40,029 bases of DNA from a virus (lineage: Duplodnaviria; Caudoviricetes): positions 1-40,029 of the IMG/VR virus record IMGVR_UViG_3300022666_000337, one strand, 5' to 3'. The translations under genes were made by a program, and so were the position numbers. The notes beneath the pieces are model-generated. The model did not search any database, was not told where the DNA came from, and was given only the letters and a program-made list of their open reading frames with translations. Shown here piece after piece: positions 8,452-16,943 of the stretch (positions within the stretch are counted from its first letter, which is position 1; every line of letters begins with the position of its first letter).

Positions 8452-8900
8452 AAATCACCTGCACCTCCTGCCACACGATCATGCATCTGGAGGCGGCCAT
8501 GGAAGAGGCCGCGGGCCGTGAGTTTGCGGCCTATGTCTGCGGGCTCGGTGAAGTGGCTCGGCCGCTGGTGGCGTATCTGGGCCTCTTTCGCCCTGCTACC
8601 CGGGCGCTGGCGTACGAGCGGATGATCCGCCTGGCGCGGGAGGTGGTGGAGTTATCTGTTGATAGCTATCAACTGGCAGCGGCTCTTTCCGAGACGGTTG
8701 AGGCGCTGAGGCAGAAGCGGGATGAAGGGGATGTGCGGCCGCTGAAGAATCACCGGTATTTGGCAAAGGTGCTGGGGAATACCTCCCCCGCCCTGACGGG
8801 CTCCCCCTCCTTATCAAGGAGGGGGCCGGGGGGTGGTGAAGAACCCAGCAGCAAAACCGCGCGCGCCATCGGCCGGCTTCAGAGCAGAAAAAGCCGTTGA
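8448..8900 (+). CDS. Hypothetical Mu-like early protein
   Basis: CTSC; YLGLFRPA.RAL; PLKNHRYL. Confidence 0.75.
   Translation: MKITCTSCHTIMHLEAAMEEAAGREFAAYVCGLGEVARPLVAYLGLFRPATRALAYERMIRLAREVVELSVDSYQLAAALSETVEALRQKRDEGDVRPLKNHRYLAKVLGNTSPALTGSPSLSRRGPGGGEEPSSKTARAIGRLQSRKSR
8781..8837. repeat. REP-like palindromic element inside a CDS
   Basis: CCCCCTCCTT-ATC-AAGGAGGGGG (8803-8825) with outer ACCTCCCCC/GGGGGTGGT arms. Confidence 0.55.
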
Positions 8901-9271
8901 TGGACTGGATTAACGACGCCGTGATGGACGGCCTGTCCGCCCTGGTGGCACTGCGGCTCAAGGGCACCCCGGGCGAGGACATGATCGATCTGACCGCCGA
9001 TATATGGGTCCGGGCGTTTCGCCAGAGGGTATTCATCCAGGAGCTGGACGAACCGCGCATCCGGGCGGCATTTGATAGGATCTTCGGCCGGATCCGGGAA
9101 TGGCCAGCGCCGCTGGATGTTATCGAGCTGATGTCACCCCGGCCGCCACAGTTGGCGCTGCCGGAGCCGGAAATAAGCGATGAGCAGCATCAAGAGAATG
9201 TGCTGCGGGTCAGGTTGATGATCGGGTCCTTCATGGAGCATTGGGGACCGAAGAGTGCGAGGGGGAAATAG
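8900..9271 (+). CDS. Hypothetical Mu-like early protein
   Basis: GLSALVALRLKGTP..D.PRIRAAF..EWPAP; coupled to upstream gene. Confidence 0.75.
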   Translation: MDWINDAVMDGLSALVALRLKGTPGEDMIDLTADIWVRAFRQRVFIQELDEPRIRAAFDRIFGRIREWPAPLDVIELMSPRPPQLALPEPEISDEQHQENVLRVRLMIGSFMEHWGPKSARGK

Positions 9272-9273
9272 CG

Positions 9274-9390
9274 ATGGGGAATGACGTTGAACGGTATGTC
9301 TGTCCGTGGTGTGACGGTTGGGTCCTCAGGAATCGTGAGGGCCAATGGCAATGTACGGAATGCCTCATGAGATTTGTGAATTGGAGATAA
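9274..9390 (+). CDS. Small zinc-ribbon peptide (38 aa, not in the ORF track)
   Basis: MGNDVERYVCPWCDGWVLRNREGQWQCTECLMRFVNWR; GAGGGGG SD. Confidence 0.45.
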   Translation: MGNDVERYVCPWCDGWVLRNREGQWQCTECLMRFVNWR

Positions 9391-9443
9391 CACTCCAGTT
9401 GAGCGGCTTGTCCGCCCCAACGGGAGTTATCAGGAGATTAAAC

Positions 9444-9908
9444 ATGCCTTCAACGGGGAATAAAAACCGGAATAAAAAACAGTCCGGAACCGACAAATAC
9501 CGCGGCGCTGAACTTGCCAAGATCCACATCGCCCGCAAGGATCTGGGGCTTGATGAGGATATCTACCGGGATATCATCCGGGTGGCGAGCGGCGGGAAAA
9601 CCGAGTCCGCCGGCGGCCTGGATTGGTCGGGCCGCCGGGCCGTCCTGGACCGTTTCCGGGAACTGGGCTGGAAAGATAAACCTTCCACCAAGGCCAAATC
9701 TGGCAGAAGGTTGGCCGACGACCCACAGAGTCGCATGCTACGCGGACTCTGGATCGAGCTGCACAAGGCCGGAAAAGTTTCGGACCCGTCCGAGGCGGCG
9801 CTGTGCAAGTTCGTTAAAAGGGTGACCGGCAAGGATGCCTTGCAATGGCTGAACAACCAGGATGTGACGAAGGTGAAAACGGCTCTCACAAGCTGGCTGG
9901 AGAGGTAA
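9444..9908 (+). CDS. gemA: GemA/gp16 (DUF1018) family regulator
   Basis: LAKIHIARKDLGLDEDIYR..LWIEL..AL..FVKRVTG..LQWL; AGGAG SD. Confidence 0.9.
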   Translation: MPSTGNKNRNKKQSGTDKYRGAELAKIHIARKDLGLDEDIYRDIIRVASGGKTESAGGLDWSGRRAVLDRFRELGWKDKPSTKAKSGRRLADDPQSRMLRGLWIELHKAGKVSDPSEAALCKFVKRVTGKDALQWLNNQDVTKVKTALTSWLER

Positions 9909-10478
9909 ATGTCAAACATCATCGATCATTACCCGGAATCACTCCGGGACCTGTATGACAAGCTCGATGAGACCCTCATCGAGCTGGGGGAGGAGCCGGC
10001 AGCAGTCAATATCGCTCTCTATGTCATCGAGTGGATACGCAAGCATTGGAACCGCCGGGTATTGACGCCCGGCTGGTGGGGAGTGGTCCCAACCGAGCCC
10101 GCGTCCGACGGCGAGCAGGATCTCCCCGGTGTTGATATCACGCCTGATCCGGTCCGGACCGTGCGGGGCCGTGAACTGCGGCTGGCCATCTGGGAGATCA
10201 TAGCCATGCAGAGGCTCGCCCGATCATGCCGCCTGGCCACTGCACTTGCCGCCAGGGTCGAGGCCGAATGGTCCCATCACCCCATCTATGTCCCGATCGC
10301 CCGCAAAGTGGACAGGGCCGTCCGTGATGCCGCCATCTGGCGGGACTTCGGGGGATATCGAACCATCGATATGGTTGTGGAAAGGCATAACCTGTCACAG
10401 TCGGTCATCTATGACGTGTTTCGTCGCCTTCAAAAGGAAAAAGCAGCCCGCGAGCAACCAACCCTTCCGGGAGTTTAA
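9909..10478 (+). CDS. mor: Mor/C-family transcription activator
   Basis: IYVP..RDAAIWRDF.G..HNLSQSVIYDVFRR C-terminal HTH; last gene of the early block. Confidence 0.8.
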   Translation: MSNIIDHYPESLRDLYDKLDETLIELGEEPAAVNIALYVIEWIRKHWNRRVLTPGWWGVVPTEPASDGEQDLPGVDITPDPVRTVRGRELRLAIWEIIAMQRLARSCRLATALAARVEAEWSHHPIYVPIARKVDRAVRDAAIWRDFGGYRTIDMVVERHNLSQSVIYDVFRRLQKEKAAREQPTLPGV

Positions 10479-10534
10479 GCAAATCTCGCTTTACATGCTG
10501 CCCCTCATGCGATATAAGGCGCGATAGTCCGCAT

Positions 10535-10568
10535 AAAGCCTCTGGCCATAATGGTTCAGGGGCTTTTT
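10535..10568 (+). terminator. Probable intrinsic terminator after mor
   Basis: AAAGCCTCTG...CAGGGGCTTT hairpin followed by T-rich sequence. Confidence 0.55.
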
Positions 10569-10574
10569 CGTTTC

Positions 10575-10618
10575 TTACGGCATCGTAACTGATAAATGCC
10601 CTCCGGTTGTCCTATAGT
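10575..10618 (+). promoter_or_regulatory. Late promoter candidate (Plys-like)
   Basis: Dyad TTACG-GCAT-CGTAA, 24 nt, then -10-like TATAGT; same dyad recurs at 19077. Confidence 0.6.
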
Positions 10619-10921
10619 CCACTCTGCCGGACGTCTTTCCTCCTTTTCGGCGGGCTTCGGCCCGCCATCCTTTCATCCTCCGAGAGGAGGTGATTTCCAT
10701 GTGATTTTAAGGCCGCGTGAGGCCATTAAAAAGCCGGGCACCATAGGCCGGCGTCCGCAGAGGGGTGGTAACCCTCCCCTCTGCCCCATGATCAAAATAC
10801 CAAGGGCGCCCAAGACCCCAGCCTCCGCGATCCTGGGCAGACGCCGTTTACCACGGGGGCAACAGCCCCATAGCAGGAGGGGGCCGGGACCGACCCGGCC
10901 CCCATGACCACAGGAGATCCC

Positions 10922-11389
10922 ATGTCCCATCCCACCCAGCACTTCACCCTGGAGGAACTGACCAGGAGCGCCACTGCTCTCCGTCTCGGTCTGGACAATA
11001 TTTTGCCGGTCCAACTCTACCCCAACGCCGAGAAGGTAGCCCAAGCGCTGGAGCGTATCCGGGTCTACTTCGGCGGCAAACCGATTCGCGTCACCAGCTG
11101 CTTTCGTTCCAAAACGGTCAACGCCGCTGTCGGGGGCTCTCTGACTTCGGCCCACATGATAGCCATGGCCGCGGACATCGAGGTTGTTGGCGTGCCGCAT
11201 ATCGAGGTCTGCCGGGCAATCCCGGAGATTATCCCCGAGTTCGACCAGGTGATTTACGAATTCGGCCCCACCGGCTGGGTCCACCTTGGTCTGGCCCACA
11301 AGGCCCCGCGTCACCAGGAGCTGACGGCGATCAAGGTCCACGGTAAGACCGTCTATAAGCCGGGCATCCTGGACTTGTGGAAACAATAA
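10922..11389 (+). CDS. Endolysin, peptidase M15A family
   Basis: HFTLEEL.RS, TSCFRS..N.AVGG..SAH...AAD, DQVI.E..WVH. Confidence 0.88.
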   Translation: MSHPTQHFTLEELTRSATALRLGLDNILPVQLYPNAEKVAQALERIRVYFGGKPIRVTSCFRSKTVNAAVGGSLTSAHMIAMAADIEVVGVPHIEVCRAIPEIIPEFDQVIYEFGPTGWVHLGLAHKAPRHQELTAIKVHGKTVYKPGILDLWKQ

Positions 11390-11405
11390 ACTTGGAGGCC
11401 CCATT

Positions 11406-11876
11406 ATGAAACGAATCACCCTATATATCCTACTTTGCCTGTCAATTTCTGCCCCCGCCATCGCAGGCGAATCTTCCTGTGTGGCTTCCGGCGCCCTGGC
11501 GGGCCTGCTGCAAGGCACGGTCTTTCCTGTCGTCACCTCCCTGTTCATGGGGGTGGTGAGCGTCTTTCTCAACCGCCTCGGCCGGAAGTACCAGATAGAG
11601 GCTCTGACGAAACGGAACAACATCCTGGAGCAGTTCGCCTACCAGGGGATCACCCTGGCGGAGGAGACGGCGGCCCGGATGCTGAAAGAACGCGAGACTC
11701 TCACGGGGCAGGAGAAACTGGACCTGGCCATTGCACACGTCTGCTCCGTAATGCCCGCAGTGAGCCAGGAGCAAGCCTCCGCGTTGATCCACTCTCTGCT
11801 GGCGCAAACGCCGGGGGTCGGCGCGACAAAAGACAAGGCCATCGGCGGCATGCCGGGCCTACTCGGTACACCGTAG
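11406..11876 (+). CDS. Putative holin/membrane lysis protein
   Basis: Two hydrophobic segments and a GQEKL..A motif; follows the endolysin. Confidence 0.55.
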   Translation: MKRITLYILLCLSISAPAIAGESSCVASGALAGLLQGTVFPVVTSLFMGVVSVFLNRLGRKYQIEALTKRNNILEQFAYQGITLAEETAARMLKERETLTGQEKLDLAIAHVCSVMPAVSQEQASALIHSLLAQTPGVGATKDKAIGGMPGLLGTP

Positions 11877-11889
11877 CAGGGGCTCCCGA

Positions 11890-12159
11890 ATGTCCGATGA
11901 GATCGACCAAGCCCAGGCGAACGACGAGTTCTTTCGGGAGCTGGCGCTGAGAAGCCGTCGTCCGTTGTCCGTGCCCGTGTCCGATGAAAAAATGGAAACC
12001 GCCTTTACGGACACGGACGACGGGCACGGACAACGGATATGCCTCGACTGCGGCGAGCCGATCCCCGAAGCGAGGCGGAAGGCGGTCCCAGGTTGCACCA
12101 GATGCGTTACCTGTCAGACCGAATTTGAACAAATCCACACCCACTGGAGGGCGTTGTGA
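11890..12159 (+). CDS. TraR/DksA C4-type zinc-finger protein
   Basis: MSDEIDQAQ..CLDCGEPIPEARRKAVPGCTRCVTCQ. Confidence 0.9.
   Translation: MSDEIDQAQANDEFFRELALRSRRPLSVPVSDEKMETAFTDTDDGHGQRICLDCGEPIPEARRKAVPGCTRCVTCQTEFEQIHTHWRAL
11961..12037. repeat. GTCCGT/ACGGAC palindromic repeat element, copy 1
   Basis: Perfect 18-bp inverted repeat 11961-11978/12020-12037. Confidence 0.75.
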
Positions 12160-12551
12160 ACGTAACTATTACCTGGCAGATGGTTATCGCCGCCATCGGT
12201 CTCTTGACCGGTTGGACCGGCTTTCTCCTTGGCGCCATTAAATGGTTGTTAAACCGGCAGATAACCGCACTAGAGGCAAGGCTCGCCGCAGCCGAGGCCA
12301 AGGCTTCCGAGGCCGCCTCCGGCCTGGTCGAACACAAGCAGACACTGTCGGACGCCATGGCCGCGCTCCGCCTGGAAATCAGTTCAAAGTTCGTCTGTGG
12401 CAATCACGCCAGGCTGGAACGCAACGATGAAAAACTCTTCATCCGACTGGACAGCCTTCACGGTGACATCCGCGAACTGTCCGGTGGAGTCAAGGGGCTG
12501 GCCAAGAGCTTCGAAATGGTCAACGAATATCTGTTGAGTGGAGGGAAATGA
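12156..12551 (+). CDS. Membrane-anchored coiled-coil protein (Mu gp25 position)
   Basis: N-terminal TM helix, then heptad-rich region; gene order. Confidence 0.65.
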   Translation: MNVTITWQMVIAAIGLLTGWTGFLLGAIKWLLNRQITALEARLAAAEAKASEAASGLVEHKQTLSDAMAALRLEISSKFVCGNHARLERNDEKLFIRLDSLHGDIRELSGGVKGLAKSFEMVNEYLLSGGK

Positions 12552-12862
12552 TGGGCGCGGCCTACGAACAATTGATGGCGGAGCATCGGCGGTTGTCGAT
12601 CCTGCGCGCATTGGAGGATGCCCGTATCGGACCCGAGTGCAACGATTCGATCCTGCATGACATTGTGGTCAGGGAATACTGCATCAAGAGCTCACGCGAC
12701 CAGATCCGCACGGCTTTGGCCTGGCTGAGGGACCAGGGGCTGATCAGGCTTAAAATCCTGGAAGGCGGAACATACATCGCCGCGGCTACCCAGTCCGGTA
12801 ACGACGTGGCGCTCGGTCTCTCGATTGTGCCGGGGGTCAAGCGCCCCTCTCCGGAGCAGTAA
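12551..12862 (+). CDS. Mu gp26-like winged-helix protein
   Basis: EHRRLSILRAL..SRDQIRTALAWL.DQGL..G.DVA.G....GVKRPSP. Confidence 0.8.
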   Translation: MGAAYEQLMAEHRRLSILRALEDARIGPECNDSILHDIVVREYCIKSSRDQIRTALAWLRDQGLIRLKILEGGTYIAAATQSGNDVALGLSIVPGVKRPSPEQ

Positions 12863-12864
12863 CC

Positions 12865-13425
12865 ATGGGCAAGCGCGCGGAACTTGAGCTTGAGGCGATC
12901 CGGCTTTATGCCGACGGCAAGGAAATCCCCGCCATCTCGGCAGCTATCGGCGTATCGAAAAACAGCCTGCGCGCCTGGAAAAAACGCGCCGGCGACGAAT
13001 GGGACGATGCACGCCAGGTGACTCGGAAATCGGTTATCGCCAACACGGAGGATGCCGCGAGCCGTGTCCGCCGGTCCCGCGAGATTGCCGCTCAGATGCT
13101 GGGAGATGCGCGCAGTCAGTCCGACCTGGGCCTGGCGCTGAACCAGGCGCTGCAATCCGGAATCTATGACCTGATCGGCCGGATACAGACGATCGATATT
13201 GATGACGAAGAAACCGTATCCCGTGCCATAGATCAAGTGAGTACGATGACCCTGTCGCTGGGTCGGCTGGAGACGGCTGCACTCCGCAACATGAAGAATG
13301 TACAGGAGATCCGGAAACAGGCGCTCCAGGATGCGGCGGACGTGGTTGGCGAGGAAGCCCGCGCTCAGGGTATGGACGAGGCGCAGGCCGAGTTCTGGAT
13401 GAAGAAAGTTCTGACGGTGGTATAG
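12865..13425 (+). CDS. Putative terminase small subunit (Mu gp27-like)
   Basis: N-terminal HTH (ISAAIGVSKNSLRAWK..W); directly before terL. Confidence 0.75.
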   Translation: MGKRAELELEAIRLYADGKEIPAISAAIGVSKNSLRAWKKRAGDEWDDARQVTRKSVIANTEDAASRVRRSREIAAQMLGDARSQSDLGLALNQALQSGIYDLIGRIQTIDIDDEETVSRAIDQVSTMTLSLGRLETAALRNMKNVQEIRKQALQDAADVVGEEARAQGMDEAQAEFWMKKVLTVV

Positions 13426-15075
13426 ATGGCGACCCTTGCCCCCCTCAAAGACGTTCAGCGCATCATCGAATGGGAAGAACTCCCTGCCCGCGCCAGGGAG
13501 ATCCCCGACAACTGGAATTCCCTGGCGGGTGGTGTACTGCTACGCCATCAGGCCGAGGCCATCTCCCTGGAAGGCGACATTATCGCCATCCCCAAGGGCC
13601 GCCGTACCGGCATTACCTACGGCTTTGCTCATAAGAGCACCATCATTGCCGCTTCACGGAAAAGCGCCGGCGGCGACAACGTCTATTACATCGGCGATAC
13701 CAAAGAAAAGGGCCTCGAATTCGTCGGCTACTGCGCCAAGTTCGCGCGCGTCATCGCCGAGGCCCAGGGACAGGGCGTCTCCAGCATTGAGCAGTTCCTG
13801 TTCGAGGACCAGGACGACAAAGGGAACAGCAAGTACATCACCGCCTACCGTATCCGCTTCGCCAGCGGTTACCAGATTTGCGCGCTCTCCAGCCGGCCCG
13901 CCAATATCCGCGGCCTCCAGGGAGTGGTCATCATCGACGAGGCCGCGTTCCATCCCGACGTCCAGGGCGTCATCGAGGCCGCGACGGCGCTGCTGATCTG
14001 GGGAGGCAAGATCATCGTCATCAGCTCCCACAACGGCAAAAACAACCCCTTCAACCAGTTCTGCCTCGACATAGAGAAGGGGCTCTACGGTGAAGACGCC
14101 AAGGTGTTCAAGATCACCTTCGACCAGGCCGTCGAGAACGGGCTCTACGAGCGGGTCTGCCTTATGAAGGGAGAGACCCCGACCCCGGAAGGAAAGCGAA
14201 AGTGGTACACCCGCATCCGCTCCGCATACGGCCCGCGCAAGGCCGCCATGCGCGAAGAGCTGGACGCCATCCCCCGCGACGGCGGCGGTGTCTGCATCCC
14301 AGGCGTCTGGATCGAGCGGGCCATGCGGGAAGAGCGCCCCATCATCCGCCTCGTCTGCGATGATGACTTTGCCCATAAATCTGAAGAGTACCGCGAAAAG
14401 TGGGGAGTCGAGTGGATCCAGAAGAACCTTAATCCATTATTCAAGCTCCTCGACCCGAACCTGGAACACGTCTTCGGTCAGGACTTTGCCCGGCATCGCC
14501 ACTGCTCCGTTATCACCCCGCTGGCAATCACCAGCAATCTGACCCGCGTCGCGCCATTTGTCATTGAGCTTTACAACGTTCCAACCCGCCAGCAGGAACA
14601 GACCCTCTGGGCCACGATCGACGCCCTGCCGAATTTTCGCGGCGGCGCCATGGACGCCACTGGTCCCGGCCAAACCCTGGCCGAGTTCACCGCGGGCCGT
14701 TACCGTATCCAGACCGGCGACGGGCCGGTCTCCATGATTCACGAGATCAACCTCAACCGCCAGTGGTACGGCGCCTGGATGCCCAAGATGGTCCGTGGGT
14801 TCGAGGACGACAATTACGACATACCGCGCGACCTCCAGCTGGAAAACGACCTGCGCGCCGTTGAGGAGATTGACGGCATCCCGATGGTCCCCAAGGTCGA
14901 GCGCAAAGACCTGAAGGACCCGGAGTTGTTCCGCCACGGCGACTTCGCCATCTCCCTTGTCATGGGGGAATACGCCGCGCTCAACAAGCAGGTCTACATC
15001 CCCATCGAATTCAAGACCGCCGGGCCGCTTCGGCCCGGGTACGGCGGCGCAATGAACAACTACATGAGGACGTAA
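13426..15075 (+). CDS. terL: Terminase large subunit (Mu gp28-like)
   Basis: KGRRTGIT, IIDEAAFH, ISSHNG, GQDFAR, DATGPG, HGDFA. Confidence 0.93.
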   Translation: MATLAPLKDVQRIIEWEELPARAREIPDNWNSLAGGVLLRHQAEAISLEGDIIAIPKGRRTGITYGFAHKSTIIAASRKSAGGDNVYYIGDTKEKGLEFVGYCAKFARVIAEAQGQGVSSIEQFLFEDQDDKGNSKYITAYRIRFASGYQICALSSRPANIRGLQGVVIIDEAAFHPDVQGVIEAATALLIWGGKIIVISSHNGKNNPFNQFCLDIEKGLYGEDAKVFKITFDQAVENGLYERVCLMKGETPTPEGKRKWYTRIRSAYGPRKAAMREELDAIPRDGGGVCIPGVWIERAMREERPIIRLVCDDDFAHKSEEYREKWGVEWIQKNLNPLFKLLDPNLEHVFGQDFARHRHCSVITPLAITSNLTRVAPFVIELYNVPTRQQEQTLWATIDALPNFRGGAMDATGPGQTLAEFTAGRYRIQTGDGPVSMIHEINLNRQWYGAWMPKMVRGFEDDNYDIPRDLQLENDLRAVEEIDGIPMVPKVERKDLKDPELFRHGDFAISLVMGEYAALNKQVYIPIEFKTAGPLRPGYGGAMNNYMRT

Positions 15076-15077
15076 GC

Positions 15078-15202
15078 GAGTCGGAGAGCCCATAGAGTCA
15101 AGGAGTCCATAGAGTCGGGGAGTCCATGGAGTTGAAGGCTTTTCAGACTCCCAGACTCCACAGACTCCCAGACTCCATAGACTCTACAGACTCCACAGAC
15201 TC
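15078..15202. repeat. Inverted array of 8-9-nt GAGTC/GACTC units
   Basis: About 7 GAGTC-like units, a short centre, then 7 GACTC units. Confidence 0.8.
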
Positions 15203-15218
15203 AATAAAAGGATGTCAA

Positions 15219-16943
15219 ATGGTAACTGACAAGCAAAAACCTATCACCGACGAGATAGCCAGCGCGGCGACCGACTTCGATATCTTCCAGGGGTTCCTGA
15301 CCCACATGGCCAACCCCGACAAGGTGCTGAATCTGGAATGCGGCGGCGACATCACGGTCTATGACGACATGAGCCGGGACGATCGCATCGGCCCATCGCT
15401 CCGAACCCGGGCGCTCTCGGTGATCGGTAAGGAATGGGAAGTCACCCCCTACACGGACTCGGCCGAGGACATGCGGCGCGCCGAGTACGTGAAGCAGGTA
15501 TTCCTCGGTTTCTCCTTCGACCGCGCCCGCCGGGCATTGCTCCGGGGCGGCACCCTGAAGGGGTTCGCTTTGAGCGAGGTGATGTGGGACTACAGCGAGG
15601 GAGACGTGTTCATCAAGGATATGCTCCACCGAAACCAGCGGCGCTTCCGATTCGACCTGGAGGGGAACATCCTCCTCATCACCCGGGGCAACCCCATGGG
15701 TGAGAACGTAAGCACCAGGGACGGCCTGCCGCTCCGGAAATTTCAGCACGTCACGTTCGGCGACGAGGTGGAGACACCCTACGGCGTGGGCCTTGGCCGG
15801 GAGCTGTACTGGCCATGGTGGTTCAAGAAGAACGGCATCAAGTTCTGGCTCATGTTCTGCGACAAGTTCGCCGGCCCGACCGTGACCGGCGAATACCCGT
15901 CCGGGGCTCTCAAGGAACAGCAAGATGCCCTCCTGGCAGCAGCCCAGGCAGTGCACACAAACAATGCCGTCATCTACCCGCAGGGGATGAAGCTCGACCT
16001 ACTTGAAGCTGCCCGCAGCGGCTCCATCACCACCTACAAGGAGCTGGTGGAATACATGGACGGCGCCATGACCGTGGTGATCCTGGGCCAGACCGCCACC
16101 ACCGAGGGGACACCGGGGGCACTCGGCAACCAGGACGCCCAGGCGGACGTGCGCGGCGACCTGGTCAAGGCGGACTCCGACGCCCTGTGCGAGGCGCTCA
16201 ACAGCGAGAACGGCGTGGTGCGCTGGCTGGTGGATTACCAGTTCCCGGGCACCAGGAACTATCCGCAGATCTGGATCAAATGCGAGGATGAGGAAGACGA
16301 GCTGACCGTGGCGGAGCGGGATGAGAAGCGGTCCAACGCCGTGGCCGCCGCGGGAGCGCGCTTGACTCCGGTCTACTTCAAGCGGCGGTATGGGCTGGCG
16401 GATGACGAGATAGAGGTGGTCGCCGCTCCGACGGCGCCGGGCGACGGTGGTGATGGCGATGTCGCCGTTTCGGCGGAGGATCTCCGTTCCCTCGCGTATC
16501 GCGACAGGGTATTGACCTCGATGGTGAAGATACCTGAGCGATATTTCTATGACACCTACAAGGTGCCTCGGCCGTCGGGAGGAGAAACCGCGGTAGGCGG
16601 ATGGGTGCCGGAGCAACCGGCAGGGGCAGGCGTGGGCGGGGATGACGACCCGGCATTTGCTGAGGGTGCTGTGGACGGCCCAACCGCCACGGTGACCGCC
16701 CTCTCCGACCGGCTCGACACGGCGGCTGCTCCGGGGATGGACGCCTGGATCGATGCCTTGAGAAAACGGATCGATACAGCGGAAGACATCGATGAACTGC
16801 CGGGGATCATTCTGGCGGCCTACCCGGACATGAGTGTGGAGGCTATAGCCGGGATCATCGCCGAGAATACCATGCGCGCCGTAATGGCAGGCCGCATTGA
16901 CGCGGAGCTCTCCCCTGATAAGGGGAGCGGGGAGGGGTTGTGA
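15219..16943 (+). CDS. Portal protein (Mu gp29, DUF935)
   Basis: PYGVGLGRELYWPWWFKK..W..F.DKF; ILGQT.T..G; start taken at ATG 15219 after AAAGGA. Confidence 0.92.
   Translation: MVTDKQKPITDEIASAATDFDIFQGFLTHMANPDKVLNLECGGDITVYDDMSRDDRIGPSLRTRALSVIGKEWEVTPYTDSAEDMRRAEYVKQVFLGFSFDRARRALLRGGTLKGFALSEVMWDYSEGDVFIKDMLHRNQRRFRFDLEGNILLITRGNPMGENVSTRDGLPLRKFQHVTFGDEVETPYGVGLGRELYWPWWFKKNGIKFWLMFCDKFAGPTVTGEYPSGALKEQQDALLAAAQAVHTNNAVIYPQGMKLDLLEAARSGSITTYKELVEYMDGAMTVVILGQTATTEGTPGALGNQDAQADVRGDLVKADSDALCEALNSENGVVRWLVDYQFPGTRNYPQIWIKCEDEEDELTVAERDEKRSNAVAAAGARLTPVYFKRRYGLADDEIEVVAAPTAPGDGGDGDVAVSAEDLRSLAYRDRVLTSMVKIPERYFYDTYKVPRPSGGETAVGGWVPEQPAGAGVGGDDDPAFAEGAVDGPTATVTALSDRLDTAAAPGMDAWIDALRKRIDTAEDIDELPGIILAAYPDMSVEAIAGIIAENTMRAVMAGRIDAELSPDKGSGEGL

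Noticed and set aside
15126-15218. N-terminal extension of the portal ORF given in the ORF track
   Set aside because: It merely translates the GACTC repeat array; ATG 15219 has its own SD-like sequence.
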